DNA of 64,000 bases from Anaerolineae bacterium (GTDB lineage Bacteria; Chloroflexota; Anaerolineae; Promineifilales; Promineifilaceae). The stretch covers positions 11,058 to 75,057 of the forward strand of contig DATHYN010000168.1 in NCBI GenBank assembly GCA_035459145.1, read 5' to 3'. A model generated the notes under the pieces. That model saw nothing but the letters and a program-made list of their open reading frames with translations. It was not told the DNA's origin and ran no database searches. Positions 46,696 through 55,574 of this stretch are shown here, one piece after another; within the stretch, counting starts at the first letter, position 1; each line of letters opens with the position of its first letter. The position numbers and the translations under genes are program-made.

Positions 46696-46720
46696 GGGGG
46701 CACTTCCGAGGAGTGCCCCC
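46696..46720. terminator. GC-rich hairpin terminator after the metzincin gene
   Basis: The sequence gggggcact-tccgagg-agtgccccc lies immediately 3' of the stop at 46728 on the minus strand. Confidence 0.6.
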
Positions 46721-46727
46721 GGCTAGA

Positions 46728-48122
46728 TTATTGACAGAAGTGAGGGGCGTCGTAGAAGTCGACGTTGGTAACATACCAATCATCGGTGGCAAGTTCTTGG
46801 AGGGTAATGGTTTGAGGGGTGAGGGAGCCTTCACTACCTTGGAGGTATTCGCCCGTACTACGGACATAGAAGTCACTATCCCAATATTCGCAGGTATCGA
46901 CTTCGATTTGGGAGTCGTTGATGACACGGATGTCGTAGATATAGCTATTGTAATAATCGAAAGTAGCGATTTGGACGACATCTTGCTGGTTGAGGTCATT
47001 GATATAGTTGACGAGATTATCGTAGGTGGTGCCGGCGAAGATGATAGCGGCTTCGGTAGGGTCACCGGAGCGGTAGGCTTCCGTTTCGTAACGGATAGCT
47101 TCATAGAGGAATTCGCTAACAGCGGCGGTCAGTTCAGGGGAGACATCCGTTTGGTTAGGGGTAAAGGGGTCGGTTCCGGCTTGGACCTCAGCGCCGTCGC
47201 TAATGCCGTCTTTGTCCATATCAGGGTCGAGGGGATTCATGCGGTATTTGACTTCGATGCCATCGGAAAGGCCATCGCCGTCGGTATCGGGGTTATTGGG
47301 GTCGGTACCACTCATCCAGCGTTCGGCGCGGTCGGAGAGGCCATCGCCATCGCTGTCAGTGCTGTTGCTTGGTTCGGCGGTGGCGGCGGGGGGAGGAGCG
47401 GCGGGTGTGGGGCGAGCGGGTTGGTTAACGCCGTAGATGCGTTGGACGCCAGCGATATCGTCGGGGCTGAGTTGGCGAGCGGGGCCGCCGTAGGAAGCGA
47501 ACATGATGGCGTTGGGGTCGCGGCTATGGCCGAGGCCGAGGGTATGGCCGATTTCGTGGACGGCGACAGTGAAGAGGTCAACAGAGCGACGACTGGCTTG
47601 TGTGTTGTTGACCCAGTTTTCACTATCATCAAAATGGAGGATGACTTGTTGACGATTAACGAACGGATTGGGAAATTCGGCGTGGGCGAGGACATCACCA
47701 GGGCCATCAAATGGGTCGCCATCACCATGATTGCCCTCGGCCCAGCTAATGAGGATATCAGCTTGGTTAGCGGATGATGCTTCGCTAAAGGTAAGCGGGG
47801 CGGCTTGCGCCCAGAGGGCGAAAGCTTGGCGGACAATATTACGGGCTTCATCGGAAGATAATTTATCGGTATCATTTTCAAAGAAGAAGCTAATCTCTTG
47901 TTTAGGCCAACTAGAGATAGCGCGGAATTCAGCGAGAGAGCCCTCGTCATCAGGCGAGGGGAGGTCGTCGTAGCGGTAGGTATATTCCTCATCACCATCA
48001 GTGCTATTGTTAGCTAGAGGGGCATTGTTATTGTTTATGGTGGTATTGGTATCACCATTACAGGCGATAAGCAAAGCTGGAATAAGGGCCAAAAGAATGG
48101 TTAGGAATAAACGTTTGAACAT
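46728..48122 (-). CDS. Secreted M10 (matrixin-like) zinc metalloprotease lipoprotein with Ca-binding, thrombospondin-type-3-like Asp-rich repeats
   Basis: There is a signal peptide with the lipobox LLIAC. The zinc site reads VAVHEIGHTLGLGHS (HExxHxxGxxH). Repeated DxDxDG loops occur, as in DSDGDGLSD, DTDGDGLSD and DMDKDGISD. Confidence 0.82.
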   Translation of the reverse strand: MFKRLFLTILLALIPALLIACNGDTNTTINNNNAPLANNSTDGDEEYTYRYDDLPSPDDEGSLAEFRAISSWPKQEISFFFENDTDKLSSDEARNIVRQAFALWAQAAPLTFSEASSANQADILISWAEGNHGDGDPFDGPGDVLAHAEFPNPFVNRQQVILHFDDSENWVNNTQASRRSVDLFTVAVHEIGHTLGLGHSRDPNAIMFASYGGPARQLSPDDIAGVQRIYGVNQPARPTPAAPPPAATAEPSNSTDSDGDGLSDRAERWMSGTDPNNPDTDGDGLSDGIEVKYRMNPLDPDMDKDGISDGAEVQAGTDPFTPNQTDVSPELTAAVSEFLYEAIRYETEAYRSGDPTEAAIIFAGTTYDNLVNYINDLNQQDVVQIATFDYYNSYIYDIRVINDSQIEVDTCEYWDSDFYVRSTGEYLQGSEGSLTPQTITLQELATDDWYVTNVDFYDAPHFCQ

Positions 48123-48376
48123 AAAAGCCTCCAGATAGATAGCAGTTAAATGATTAAAGATGATGGGTATTATTTTACGTAAAAAATGTGTGTTAATTGT
48201 GAATTTTGAGTGATTGAGCTTAATTATAAACGAATTCTCATCATTTGTTAGGAAGAAAGTTGATTTGATGATGGTATTTGCTTGATATTAGGCGGTTATG
48301 TCGTCAAAACGTTTTTTAATACGTTGAGTAAGTAATTATCACAGGTTTTATAACTTTTACTATAAACATTTTAGCA

Positions 48377-49471
48377 TTGAGGATGTGTATGACAGTACAA
48401 ACGCCACATGATCACTTTTTTTATCAAAGTTTTAGTCGTGTTGATATTGCCCGCAATTATTTAGAGGAGTATTTGCCAGATGATATTTTGCCTTTATTTG
48501 ATTTAGTTTATCTTGAGTTGGAGCCAGATAGTTTTGTTGATGAAGAATTACGTAAACATCAATCTGATTTATTGTATCGGACGAAGTTAGCAACTGGTGA
48601 GGAGGCTTATTTTTATTTTTTATTTGAGCATAAGAGCTATAATGATCTGTTAGTGGCTTTACAATTGTTGCGATATATGGTTCGTTGTTGGGAAAGGCAG
48701 GAAACAGAGCAAGTTGCACTTGTGCCTATTTTTCCAATTGTAATACATCATGGTCCGCAGAGGTGGCGTATTCCATTGACATTTGCTGCACTTTTTGAGG
48801 TGCCTACGCCATTGATTGGTTATCTACCTGATTTTCGTTATCATCTTACAGATCTTTCTTATAAATCCGATGAAGATATTCGGGGGCGTATTTGGTTACG
48901 AGTTATTTTTGCGATTTTACGGGCTATTTTTAACCCGCAATTGCGGCATGAACTAGATGAGTTAATAGGACTTGCATTTCAATTACAAAGACAACCAACC
49001 GGACTGGATTTTATCCGCACAATTTTGTATTATTTAGCTAAAGCAACTGGTAAGGTAGATGCTAGAGATTTACAGAAAGCTGTTTTAAAACAAGGTCAAC
49101 AAGGAGAGACAGTTATGAAAACAATTGCTGAACAATGGAAAGATGAAGCGAGAGAAGAGGTGAGGGAAGAGGTGAGGGAAGAGATGAGGCAGTTGGCTGA
49201 AGAGTGGATGAAAGAAGCACGTCAACAAGGATTGGAGCAGGGATTGGAGCAGGGATTGGAGCGGGGGGTATCCAAGGGGCGCCAAGAAGGGCGGGAAGAG
49301 GCGTTACAGCAAGTAGGGTGGCGTTTGTTGAGTACGTTTGAAGTGGCGCAGGTGAGTGAATTGATGAATGTACCTGTGGAAAAGGTTGTTAAGTGGCAAA
49401 AGCAGTTGGCAGAAAAACAAAAAGCGGCTAATAATGAGGATATTGACTCAAGTAACAATAATGGTGGCTAA
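48377..49471 (+). CDS. Rpn (YhgA-like) family PD-(D/E)XK recombination-promoting nuclease, or putative transposase
   Basis: The N-terminal TPHDHFFYQSF matches the Rpn PHDxxFK motif. ELEPDSFVD...LYR...YFYFLFEHKS resembles the PD-(D/E)XK core. A C-terminal EEVREEVREE...GLEQGLEQGLERG repeat tail follows. The locus is distinctly AT-rich compared with its flanks. Confidence 0.68.
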   Translation: MRMCMTVQTPHDHFFYQSFSRVDIARNYLEEYLPDDILPLFDLVYLELEPDSFVDEELRKHQSDLLYRTKLATGEEAYFYFLFEHKSYNDLLVALQLLRYMVRCWERQETEQVALVPIFPIVIHHGPQRWRIPLTFAALFEVPTPLIGYLPDFRYHLTDLSYKSDEDIRGRIWLRVIFAILRAIFNPQLRHELDELIGLAFQLQRQPTGLDFIRTILYYLAKATGKVDARDLQKAVLKQGQQGETVMKTIAEQWKDEAREEVREEVREEMRQLAEEWMKEARQQGLEQGLEQGLERGVSKGRQEGREEALQQVGWRLLSTFEVAQVSELMNVPVEKVVKWQKQLAEKQKAANNEDIDSSNNNGG

Positions 49472-49524
49472 CCATAGATGAGTAATTAGTTTGGGGTTTG
49501 GGGTTGGTGCGGTAAAATTGGGGT

Positions 49525-50574
49525 ATGTTAGAAATTGATCGGGTGACAAAATCATTTGCGGATAAAGTTGTGTTGCGTGGCGTCTCTTTGGGTGTTGAAG
49601 AGGGAGAGGTTGTGGTTTTGTTGGGGCCGAGTGGGTGTGGGAAGACGACGTTGTTACGGATTATTGCTGGTTTGGAGGTGGTTGATGGGGGGCGTGTATG
49701 CTGGGAAGGAAAAGATTTAAGCCAAGTGGCAGTCCATGAGCGTGGTTTTGGGTTTGTATTTCAGGATTATGCTTTATTTCCACATCGGACAGTGGGGGAG
49801 AATGTGGCGTTTGGGTTACGGATGTTGGGTTGGGAAAAGGGAGCAATTGAGGAGCGGGTGATGACTGTTTTAAGCCTCGTCGATATGAGTGAGAAAAAAG
49901 AGCGTGATGTGACAGATTTATCAGGTGGGGAGCAACAAAGAGTGGCTTTAGCGCGTTCGTTGGCCCCTCGGCCGAGCTTATTATTGTTAGATGAGCCATT
50001 AGGGGCACTTGATCGGGCATTGCGGGAACGGTTGTTATTAGAATTGCAGAAGTTGTTGCAGGTGGAGGGGGGGGTAACGGCCGTTTATGTCACCCATGAT
50101 CAAGCTGAAGCGTTTGCTTTAGGGGATCAGATTGTGGTGATGAATGAGGGACGGGTGGAACAAATGGGGACACCGATGGATTTGTATCAGCACCCAGCTA
50201 CAGCTTTTGTGGCCCGTTTTTTGGGAATGGAGAATGTGGTGAAAGCGAAGGTGGGAACGGATGGGGCGCTAGTGGGAGAGTGGGGAATGTGGTATGGGGC
50301 CGAGGCCGATATGTCTGAAGGGGAATGGATTACTTTTTTAGTGCGACCAGAGGCGGCTAGCTGGGGAGAGGCGCTGGCCGAGAGCAATATCTTAAGGGGA
50401 GAGGTGGTATCGGTCTCTTTTCGTGGTCGTTATTTAGTGGTGGGGATAGTAGGCGCGGGTCAGGTGTGGCAGTTTGAGTGGGAGGTGGGGATGGGGGTGC
50501 CGGCCGTGGGGGAAAAGATTAGGCTGGGTATTAGGGCCGAGGGGATTATTCGATTAAATGATGGTAATGGGTGA
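49525..50574 (+). CDS. ABC transporter ATP-binding protein with a C-terminal TOBE/MOP-like domain, of the PotA/CysA/ModC type. It is an orphan.
   Basis: Walker A reads GPSGCGKTT. Q-loop and signature LSGGEQQRVALAR are present. Walker B reads LLLLDEP. I saw no permease gene adjacent. Confidence 0.85.
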   Translation: MLEIDRVTKSFADKVVLRGVSLGVEEGEVVVLLGPSGCGKTTLLRIIAGLEVVDGGRVCWEGKDLSQVAVHERGFGFVFQDYALFPHRTVGENVAFGLRMLGWEKGAIEERVMTVLSLVDMSEKKERDVTDLSGGEQQRVALARSLAPRPSLLLLDEPLGALDRALRERLLLELQKLLQVEGGVTAVYVTHDQAEAFALGDQIVVMNEGRVEQMGTPMDLYQHPATAFVARFLGMENVVKAKVGTDGALVGEWGMWYGAEADMSEGEWITFLVRPEAASWGEALAESNILRGEVVSVSFRGRYLVVGIVGAGQVWQFEWEVGMGVPAVGEKIRLGIRAEGIIRLNDGNG

Positions 50575-50687
50575 AGTGGACCAAATCAGCCACGGCCAAT
50601 CGTGCAAGCTTGTTTGTCATTATCAGTTTGATTTGATTATTAGAGGCAAATTGAGCTTATTTTATGATGAGTAAATAAAATTATGGC

Positions 50688-50717
50688 TTGCTATTGACTC
50701 CTAATGAGGCGTATAAT
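50688..50717 (+). promoter_or_regulatory. Candidate sigma70 promoter upstream of rseP
   Basis: The sequence is TTGCTA, then an 18-nt spacer, then TATAAT, about 115 nt upstream of the start codon. Confidence 0.3.
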
Positions 50718-50833
50718 GGGGCATTACGGGTGGTGAGTGATACCTACATAAATGATTTGTTGAGATGGGACTGGCTATAAATAATGAGAAGCTGGTTGAT
50801 GCCATCATTGCGTTAAGGAAATAAAAGTTTATT

Positions 50834-51913
50834 ATGTCATTTTTTACTAGCTTATTTGCCTTTTTTTTAATTTTGACTCCGATCATTTTGATTCATGAAT
50901 TGGGGCATTTTTTAGCGGCTCGGTTGTATAATATTAAAGTTGATGAGTTTGGGTTAGGTTTTCCGCCGCGGGCAGCAAAGTTGTTTACTTGGCAAGAAAC
51001 AGAGTTTACACTGAACTGGATACCTTTGGGTGGTTTTGTCCGTCCAGCGGGGGAAGATGACCCTAATATTGAAGGTGGGCTGGCATCTGCTTCTAAGCAG
51101 GCGCGGTTTGTGGTATTGGCAGCGGGGTCGGTATTTAACTATATTCTGGCATTTTTTCTGTTTTGGTTTGTTTTTATGTGGGGGCAACCAGGGGTGCTGG
51201 AAGATAAGGTAGCGATAAGCAGTGTTGGCGTTGGTACGCCAGCTGAGGTCGCGGGGATAGAAGCTGGGGATATCATTGCTGAAGTTGAGGGGACGACGAT
51301 CGATTCATTTGCAATCTTAGCTGAAATTGTGGATGCTGGTCAAGGGGAGGCGTTGACGGTGGTGGTGGATCGGGGTGGAGAATTAGTGACGTTAACGGCG
51401 ATACCGAGGCTTGATGGGGATTATGATCCGGCAACTGAAGGGCGTTTAGGAATTGGTATTACGCATCCACAAACGGGTGAGATGGTGCGGTCAGGGCCGG
51501 CGGAAGCGTTGCAAAAGTCGGTGACAACATTGGTTGATTTTACGGTCTTGACGTTACGGGTACCGGCGATGTTGATTAATGGGGAGTTAACTGCACAAGA
51601 GGCGCGACCGGTGAGTGTTATTGGTATTAGTCAGATGGGTGGGCAGATTATAGAGACCTCGGCCGAGCGTGGCGATTTTGGTGAAGTGGTGTGGTTTATG
51701 GCGATTATTAGTGTGGCATTGGGGTTGACAAATTTGTTACCGATTCCGGCGTTAGATGGGGGGCGTTTGTTGTTTGTGATTATTGAAGCGGTACGGGGAA
51801 AACGGATTTCGGCCGAGCGTGAGGGATTGGTCCACATGGTCGGTATGTTGATTTTATTAGGGTTAATGGTATTGTTGATGGTCAATGATATAATTAATCC
51901 AATTTCCTTTTAA
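50834..51913 (+). CDS. rseP: RIP metalloprotease RseP, an M50 site-2 protease with a PDZ domain
   Basis: The HELGH zinc motif sits in TM1. The PDZ segment reads GTPAEVAGIEAGDIIAEVEG. The C-terminal LDGG motif reads PALDGGRL. Confidence 0.85.
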   Translation: MSFFTSLFAFFLILTPIILIHELGHFLAARLYNIKVDEFGLGFPPRAAKLFTWQETEFTLNWIPLGGFVRPAGEDDPNIEGGLASASKQARFVVLAAGSVFNYILAFFLFWFVFMWGQPGVLEDKVAISSVGVGTPAEVAGIEAGDIIAEVEGTTIDSFAILAEIVDAGQGEALTVVVDRGGELVTLTAIPRLDGDYDPATEGRLGIGITHPQTGEMVRSGPAEALQKSVTTLVDFTVLTLRVPAMLINGELTAQEARPVSVIGISQMGGQIIETSAERGDFGEVVWFMAIISVALGLTNLLPIPALDGGRLLFVIIEAVRGKRISAEREGLVHMVGMLILLGLMVLLMVNDIINPISF

Positions 51914-52016
51914 AACTTAGCCAGATGAGGGGCTGTTATTGCTCAACAGCCCGCTTAAGATGGTAAAAATCTGACCGTTCTTCTAAAATATTTGGAGGAG
52001 CGGTCTTTTATGTAAG

Positions 52017-53030
52017 GTGATATTTTTTATGCACGATGAAGAAAGAAATGTAGAAGCGCCGAAAATGAGCTTTCCGGAAGTTTTGGATCAACTATTAACT
52101 GGGGAGCGGGTGTCAATTGCGTTACTGTTTCGTTTATCTGATTTAGCCCCAACTGATATGGCGTTATTATTAGCGCGCTGGGCGGAGACGACGGATGAGC
52201 GACGGCACGAAGTGGCACGCCATATGGCTGATCTGAGCGAAAATAATTTTCAAATTGATTTTGCCCCCTTGTTTGAGCACTTTTTGCATGATGAGTTAGC
52301 TGATGTACGTTTAGCTGCTTTAGATGGGTTATGGGATAGTGATTCATTGACGACGATTCCTAAATTGTTAGAGATGGCACAGAAAGATAAAGTAATGGCG
52401 GTTCGGGTTGGGGCGACGGCGACATTGGGGCATTATGTGTTGATGTCGGAGTGGGGGCAGTTGCCATTTGAGGTTAGTGATCAGATTGTAGATACGTTGT
52501 TACCATTGTGGGAACAAGCAAGTGATGTGGTGGCGTGGCAATGTGCGATATTAGAGACAATTAGCTCGGCCAATAAGCCGCAGATTCCGATGATGATCGA
52601 AAACGCATACAGTAGTGCTGATGAATCATTGCAGATAAGTGCTCTCTTTGCGATGGGTAATAGTGCCGATGAACGGTGGTTACCGATTGTTTTGGATGAG
52701 ATTGAGAGTTATCAGTCAGAAGTGCGGTTTGAGGCGGTACGGGCGGCGGGTAAAATTGGTGATGAGTCGGCGGTGCCAGCGTTGGCCGAGGTGTTATGGG
52801 ATGAAGATTTAGAGGTACAGTTAGCGGCTGTGTACTCATTGGGGCAAATTGGAGGCGCGGAAGCACAGAGGTTATTGATGATGTTAATGGACGATCCCGA
52901 AGCCGAAAGTTTGCATGATGCCGTTGAGGATGCCTTGGAAGAGATAAATTGGGCTGGTGAGTTGAATTTTGATATGTTGGATTGGGGGGGGGAGTGGGAT
53001 GAAGATGAAGATGAGTTGGTTGAGGATTAA
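52017..53030 (+). CDS. HEAT-repeat (PBS-lyase-type) protein with an acidic C-terminal tail
   Basis: Repeated VRxxAxxALGxIGxxxAxxxL units occur, for example VRFEAVRAAGKIGDESAVPALAEVLWDEDLEVQLAAVYSLGQIGG. The start may be the ATG at 52032. Confidence 0.72.
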   Translation: MIFFMHDEERNVEAPKMSFPEVLDQLLTGERVSIALLFRLSDLAPTDMALLLARWAETTDERRHEVARHMADLSENNFQIDFAPLFEHFLHDELADVRLAALDGLWDSDSLTTIPKLLEMAQKDKVMAVRVGATATLGHYVLMSEWGQLPFEVSDQIVDTLLPLWEQASDVVAWQCAILETISSANKPQIPMMIENAYSSADESLQISALFAMGNSADERWLPIVLDEIESYQSEVRFEAVRAAGKIGDESAVPALAEVLWDEDLEVQLAAVYSLGQIGGAEAQRLLMMLMDDPEAESLHDAVEDALEEINWAGELNFDMLDWGGEWDEDEDELVED

Positions 53031-53137
53031 AAGTTGACAGTTGACGCATTTCTCGTCTATTATTAAAGAGAAAGAGGCGCACAAGAGAACAATATGTTAC
53101 GGTTAATAATCGTTGTGAGTAAGTCGTTGAGGAGAGC

Positions 53138-54517
53138 ATGATGAGTAGTCGAGAAGTGGTGCGTCAAGGTGGTCTATTAGGTCTTGATAATATCCGAGCG
53201 ATTGGACAAGATGGATTGATTTCGTTTTTAATGAAGGGGTGGCAAGAGCATGGTGATTTTTATGAGGTGAAGTTGGGGCGTCAACTCACATATGTCGTTA
53301 CACATCCAGATTATGTGCATCATATGGCGTTGGGGCATGGGGACATATATGGGAAGGGGCGTACTTATGAGCCGGTTCGCAAATATTTGCTGGGGGATAG
53401 TATTGTGCCCACGGATGGTGATGTATGGCAGTGGCAGAGACGGATGTTGGCACCATTTTTTACGCCACGGGCGGTAGGGCGTTATGCACAGATGATGGTG
53501 GATGAGTCACAGAAGTTGTTGGGGCGGTTGCAAATGGTGGAGGGGAATGTGGTTGATATGAGTGAAGAGATGTTAAAAGTGGCATCGGGGATTATTCTAC
53601 GCTCTATTTTTGGGATGGAACGAGAGCATCAAGCCCAAGTTTTAGCTGATGTGAATAGAATGATTCGGTATACATCGACGCGGATGTTTCCTTTTGTGAT
53701 GCCAGATTGGGTCCCTACTGAGCAGAATAGCCAGTATTGGGAAGCTAGGGAGCGGTTGCATACGTATATCAAAAGGGTGATTGCGGAGAGGGAGCAGATG
53801 GAGCAAGCAGATTGGCCCGATGATTTGTTATCGCAAATGTTGGTGGCGCGGCAGGATGAGGAGTGGGTGGAGATGACAGATGATATGTTGATTAATGAGA
53901 GTTTATCTTTGTTTATTGCGGGGCATGAGACGACGGCGCGGACAATGGCGTTTACGACGTATTTGTTGTCGAAGAATGAGGAGGCTGAGAGGCGGGTGGT
54001 GGCCGAGGTGGCCTCTGTTTTGGGCGGGAGGTCATTAGTAGATGCGCCGTTGACGGTTGATGATTTAAAGCGAATGCCGTATTTGTTGCAAGCGATAAAA
54101 GAGACATTGCGATTGTATCCGACGGTGGTGGCGATTACACGGGATGTGTTTAAAGATGATGAGATTGATGGGTATCAGCTAAAAGCAGGCAACCGGATGA
54201 TGATGTTTGCTTACGGGACTCATCGGCACCCCGATTTTTGGGAAGAGCCAGAAGCATTCCGGCCGGAACGGTTTGAGCCAGAGGCGGAGCAAGAACGGCA
54301 TCCGTATGCTTATTATCCGTTTGCGGTGGGGCAACGGGTGTGTGTGGGCAACAATTTTGCTTTGTTGGAGGCACAGATTGTGTTGGCGATGTTGTATAGT
54401 CAATATCGGCCGCGTTTGTTAGCGGGTCATGATCCACAAATCAAGATGTTGGGGACGGTTGTGCCGACCAATGGGATGCCGATGCAGATTAATCCGGTGA
54501 CGTTAGCAGTTCGATAA
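53138..54517 (+). CDS. Cytochrome P450 monooxygenase
   Basis: The heme loop reads FAVGQRVCVGNNFALLEAQ (FxxGxRxCxG). The EXXR motif ETLR is present. The AGHETT oxygen-binding motif is present. Confidence 0.9.
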   Translation: MMSSREVVRQGGLLGLDNIRAIGQDGLISFLMKGWQEHGDFYEVKLGRQLTYVVTHPDYVHHMALGHGDIYGKGRTYEPVRKYLLGDSIVPTDGDVWQWQRRMLAPFFTPRAVGRYAQMMVDESQKLLGRLQMVEGNVVDMSEEMLKVASGIILRSIFGMEREHQAQVLADVNRMIRYTSTRMFPFVMPDWVPTEQNSQYWEARERLHTYIKRVIAEREQMEQADWPDDLLSQMLVARQDEEWVEMTDDMLINESLSLFIAGHETTARTMAFTTYLLSKNEEAERRVVAEVASVLGGRSLVDAPLTVDDLKRMPYLLQAIKETLRLYPTVVAITRDVFKDDEIDGYQLKAGNRMMMFAYGTHRHPDFWEEPEAFRPERFEPEAEQERHPYAYYPFAVGQRVCVGNNFALLEAQIVLAMLYSQYRPRLLAGHDPQIKMLGTVVPTNGMPMQINPVTLAVR

Positions 54518-55055
54518 TGGTTTTGTTACCGGTTGCTTGAGCGAGATCGGCAACTGTTTGTCCGCGCATATTTTGGTAGGTGAAGTCAGGTTCAGTATTG
54601 TGTAGATACCATTTGATGAGAGCGAGATGCTCTTGGTGGGTGGCGGTCATGAGAGCATTGGTAATGCCGGTGCGCGCACCTTGTTGCCAAAGGTATTCGG
54701 TCACGGCGACGTCACCATTCCAGGCGGCGTGGGCGAGGAGGCTGATTTGATGAGCGCCGACATCATGGATTTTTTGGGGGTCGGCCGCGAGGATTTTTTG
54801 GAGGGTGGCGAGGTCGCCGAGGGTGGCGGCTGTGGGAATATCGAGGGGGGCACCTAGCGAGAGGAGATAGCGAATCATAGCGGTTTGCCCAGTATGGGCA
54901 GCGGCTTGGATGGGGGTTTCGAAATCATTTTCTCGCCATTGGTGGGGCGCGTTGTAGAGGTGAGGGGCGACGGCGAGAAGGCGTTTTAGTTGAGGGAAGT
55001 CGCCGTGGGCGGCAAGGACGATTTCCTTTATTTGTTCAGGAGGGGCATTTTTCAT
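54489..55055 (-). CDS. Ankyrin-repeat protein
   Basis: Repeats are present, as in TPIQAAAHTGQTAMIRYLLSLGAPLD and ISLLAHAAWNGDVAVTEYLWQQGA. The start is assigned to the ATG at 55055. The tracker's N-terminal extension reads through the intergenic tandem repeat as SFLRLLSFLRLL. The gene overlaps the convergent P450 gene's 3' end by 29 nt. Confidence 0.75.
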   Translation of the reverse strand: MKNAPPEQIKEIVLAAHGDFPQLKRLLAVAPHLYNAPHQWRENDFETPIQAAAHTGQTAMIRYLLSLGAPLDIPTAATLGDLATLQKILAADPQKIHDVGAHQISLLAHAAWNGDVAVTEYLWQQGARTGITNALMTATHQEHLALIKWYLHNTEPDFTYQNMRGQTVADLAQATGNKTIIELLTSPD

Positions 55056-55127
55056 GGTAGGGATACTCCGATTAACAAGTGGATTGTAGGATTGTAATAA
55101 CCTCAAGTGGGATGTGTTGTCTATTGC

Positions 55128-55220
55128 AAGTTTATAAGTGGATTCCTGCCTCCGCAGGAATGACAATAGTCGCAGGAATGACAATAGTCGCAGGAATGAC
55201 AACAGTCTGGGTTATTTATG
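55128..55220. repeat. Copy 3 of the REP/MITE-like palindromic repeat, with a 3x tandem 18-bp unit
   Basis: The stem-loop ttataagtggATTCCTGC-ctcc-GCAGGAATgaca is followed by (cgcaggaatgacaatagt)x3 and gtctgggttattta. Confidence 0.7.
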
Positions 55221-55233
55221 TTATACAAAATTG

Positions 55234-55566
55234 TTATTGTGGCCAGTCGGTGCCATCGTAGTAGCGGGTGCCACGGTGTCCTTGGCGAGGGATGGGAATG
55301 GGTAGACGTTCGCCGGGGCAGGCAACCATGATGAGGGTGCGGGGGCGGCCTGAATTGGGGTTGGTGGCACCAAAGATAAGTTCTTTGATACGCAGACGGC
55401 CGACAAGTTCGTTTTGATAGATGGTATAAACATAATCTCCCTCATTTAAATTTGAGGGTTTGCCCGCCATATGAAATTCGAATTCGGTGAGAGAGCCATC
55501 ATAGAGGGCGTCAACTGCTTCTTGGCCGCGTTTAGCGGGGATGGTTTTGGTGATACCAGCGCTCAT
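55234..55566 (-). CDS. Small hypothetical protein of 110 aa, coupled to the GH42 gene
   Basis: It starts 9 nt after the GH42 stop on the same strand. I recognise no motif. Confidence 0.45.
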   Translation of the reverse strand: MSAGITKTIPAKRGQEAVDALYDGSLTEFEFHMAGKPSNLNEGDYVYTIYQNELVGRLRIKELIFGATNPNSGRPRTLIMVACPGERLPIPIPRQGHRGTRYYDGTDWPQ

Positions 55567-55574
55567 AGGTGTTA

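Noticed and set aside
46682-47104. N-terminal 141 codons of the 939-aa tracker ORF
   Set aside because: The sequence is S/T/P low complexity. It overlaps the 3' end and the terminator hairpin of the neighbouring metzincin gene. The conserved ATP-grasp domain begins only after the ATG at 46681.
50694-50717. TTGACT/TATAAT pair upstream of rseP
   Set aside because: The spacer is only 12 nt, which is non-functional for sigma70. The alternative TTGCTA with an 18-nt spacer to TATAAT is reported instead, with low confidence.
55056-55202. N-terminal extension of the ankyrin ORF (MSFLRLLSFLRLLSFL...)
   Set aside because: It is a translation of the tandem 18-bp intergenic repeat. The ankyrin repeats start after the internal ATG at 55055.
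55141-55206. Possible CRISPR array
   Set aside because: There are only three directly abutting 18-bp units with no spacers. It is part of the REP-like repeat, not a repeat-spacer array.
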